Position numbers and translations under genes: made by a program. Below, piece after piece: positions 61,635 through 64,000 of a stretch of 64,000 nt of DNA (its first letter is position 1; each line of letters starts with the position of its first letter). The notes beneath the pieces were generated by a model, which had not been told where the DNA came from, made no database searches, and saw only the letters and a list, made by a program, of their open reading frames with translations. The stretch is from contig JASTWF010000035.1 of NCBI GenBank assembly GCA_030390025.1, positions 1,178,001 through 1,242,000 of the forward strand. Reading direction: 5' to 3'. Origin of the DNA: Squalus acanthias. Lineage: Eukaryota.

Positions 61635-64000
61635 TACATAGATACATAGATACATAGAAGATAGGAGCAGGAGTAGGCCATCCGGCCCTTCGAGCCTGCT
61701 CCGCCATTTAATGAGATCATGGCTGATCCTCCAATTCAGTATCCCGTCCCCGCCTTCTCTCCGTAACCCTTAACCCCTTTTGCCTGTAGAAATATATCTA
61801 ATTCCCTCTTAAATATATTTAATGAGCTGGCGTACACTGCCCTCTGTGGCAATGAGTTCCACAGGTTCACCACCCTCTGAGTGAAGAAATTCCCCCTCAT
61901 TTCTGTCCTAAATGGTTTAGCCCTTATCCTTAAATTATGTCCTCTAGTTCTGTTCTCACCCGCCAAGGGAAACATTCCTTCTGCATCTAGTCTGTCTAGA
62001 CCTGTCAGAATTTTATACACTTCTATGAGGTCCCCTCTCAATCTTCTAAACTCCAGTGTGTACATCCCTAAACTACATAGTCTCTCCTCATAGGTCAATC
62101 CCGCCATTCCTGGTATCAGCCTGGTGAATCGCCGCTGCACCCCCTCCATGGCAAGAACATCTTTCCTCAGATGAGGCGACCAAAACTGTACACAGTACTC
62201 GAGGTGTGGTCTCACCAGTGCCCTGTACAGCTGCAGCAAGGTATCCCTGTTCCTGTATTCCAACCCTTTTGCTATGAAGGACAGCATACCGTTTGCCTTC
62301 TTGATCGCCTGTTGCACCTGCATGCTCGCCTTCAGTGACTGGTGTACAAGAACACCCAGGTCTCTCTGTACTTCCCCCTCTCCCAATTTATTGCCATTTA
62401 AATAATAATTTGCCCTCCCGTTCCTGCACCCAAGGTGGATAACTTCGCACTTGTCCACATTATAGTGCATCTGCCATTTATCCGCCCAATCACCCAGTCT
62501 GTCCAAATCGCTCTGGAGCTTCCTGGTCTCCTCCTCTGAGCCCACCCCCCCTCCTAGTTTAGTGTCGTCTGCAAATTTGGAAATGCTGCATCCGACTCCC
62601 TGGTCCAGGTCATTAATGTAAGTTGTGAACAGCTGGGGACCCAGTACAGATCCCTGTGGTACCCCACTTGTTACTGCCTGCCATTCAGAAAATGAGCCGT
62701 TTATTCCAACTCTCTGTTTTCTATCTGACAGCCAGTTCTCTATCCACGTCAATACTTTCCCCTTTATCCCATGAGCTTCAATTTTCCATGCTAATCTTTT
62801 ATGTGGGACCTTGTCGAAGGCCTTTTGGAAGTCCAGGTACACCACATCTACTGGCTCTCCCCCATCTATTTTACCAGTTACTCCCTCAAAAATTCCAATA
62901 GATTAGTCAAGCACGATTTACCCTTTGTAAATCCATGTTGACTCTGTCCTATCCTGTCCCCATTTGCTAAGTGCTCCGCTATTTCATCCTTAATGATGGA
63001 CTCCAGCATTTTGCCCACAACTGATGTAAGGCTTACAGGTCTGTAATTACCTGCTTTTTCCCTACCCCACTTTTTGAATAGTGGGGTAACGTTAGCTACC
63101 CTCCAATCCATGGGCACTGTTCCCGAGTCTAATGAATTCTGAAAAATCATACTTAGTGCATCCGCTATCTCTAGGGCCACCTCCTTCAGCACCCTAGGAT
63201 GCATGTTATCAGGCCCTGGGGATTTGTCCGCCTTCAATCCCTTTAGCTTCCTTAACACCATATCCTTAGAGATATTGACTTGCGTCAGTTCCTCCTTTGC
63301 AAATGTCCCTATTTTTCCCGATATCCCAGGGAGGTTTTTTGTGTCTTCATTCGTAAAGACTGACCCAAAGTATGCATTTAGTTGGTCTGCCATTTCTTTA
63401 TTTCCCGTTATATATTCCCCCGTATCTGACTGCAATGGGCCAACTTTGGTTTTCACCAGTCTTTTCCTCTTGATATACTTATAAAAGCTTTTGGAGTTAG
63501 TTTTTATATTTTCCGCCAGCTTGCTTTCGTAAGCTATTTTGCCCCTCTTGATTAAGCCCTTTGTCCTCCTTTGCTCTATCTTAAACTGTTCCCAATCTTG
63601 CGCTCTGGCGCTTTTTTTGGCTATTTTATACGCCCTATCTTTGGATTTTATGCTGTCTCTAATTTCCCCTGTTATCCACGGTTGAGTCACCTTTTTAGAT
63701 TTCCTTTTATGCCAGATTGGTATAAACAATTTTTGCAATTTTGTCATTCTATCTTTAAATGCTTGCCATTGTTTATCTACCTCCAGTCCTCCCAGGAACG
63801 TTGTCCAATCAGACCTACTCAGTTCCCGTCTAATGGCATCATAATTCCCCTTGTTTAAATTCAGGACCTTAGTATCTGAGTCAATTTCTTCGCTCTCCAT
63901 TTCGAGTGAGAAATCGATCATGTTATGATCGCTCTGACCCAAGGGTCCCCGTACAACAAGATTACTAATTAGTCCCTTCTCATTGCACAGTACCCAGTCC
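61635..64000 (-). mobile_element. Young CR1 running off the window end, one frameshift
   Basis: ORFs 62878-63942 and 61736-62845; (TATCTATG)n tail. Confidence 0.95.

Overview
Eukaryotic, repeat-saturated window. The repeat repertoire (CR1 LINEs with 8-nt tails, Harbinger/PIF transposons, Penelope-like elements) suggests a vertebrate, probably a cartilaginous fish; this is inference. The only host gene seen is three + strand exons (9481-9565, 29314-29456, 54489-54666) of an ADAM metalloprotease (ADAM15/12-like). They splice in phase and encode the zinc motif [12 protein letters not shown], the CIM Met-turn and the start of the disintegrin domain. The ~20 kb and ~25 kb introns and flanks hold many nested CR1 copies, two Harbinger families (transposase plus a convergent, spliced Myb/SANT gene), MITEs, Penelope fragments with hammerhead-like cores, a ~13 kb GA-rich satellite and a 38-bp minisatellite. 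The most unusual signal is two otherwise divergent solo LTRs that share an identically sized 103-nt GT...AG intron-like block between their promoter and poly(A) signal. Others are a CR1 subfamily with a doubled 3' end and an apparent 3' transduction, and a fused Harbinger A/B chimera. No prokaryotic genes or CRISPR arrays were found.
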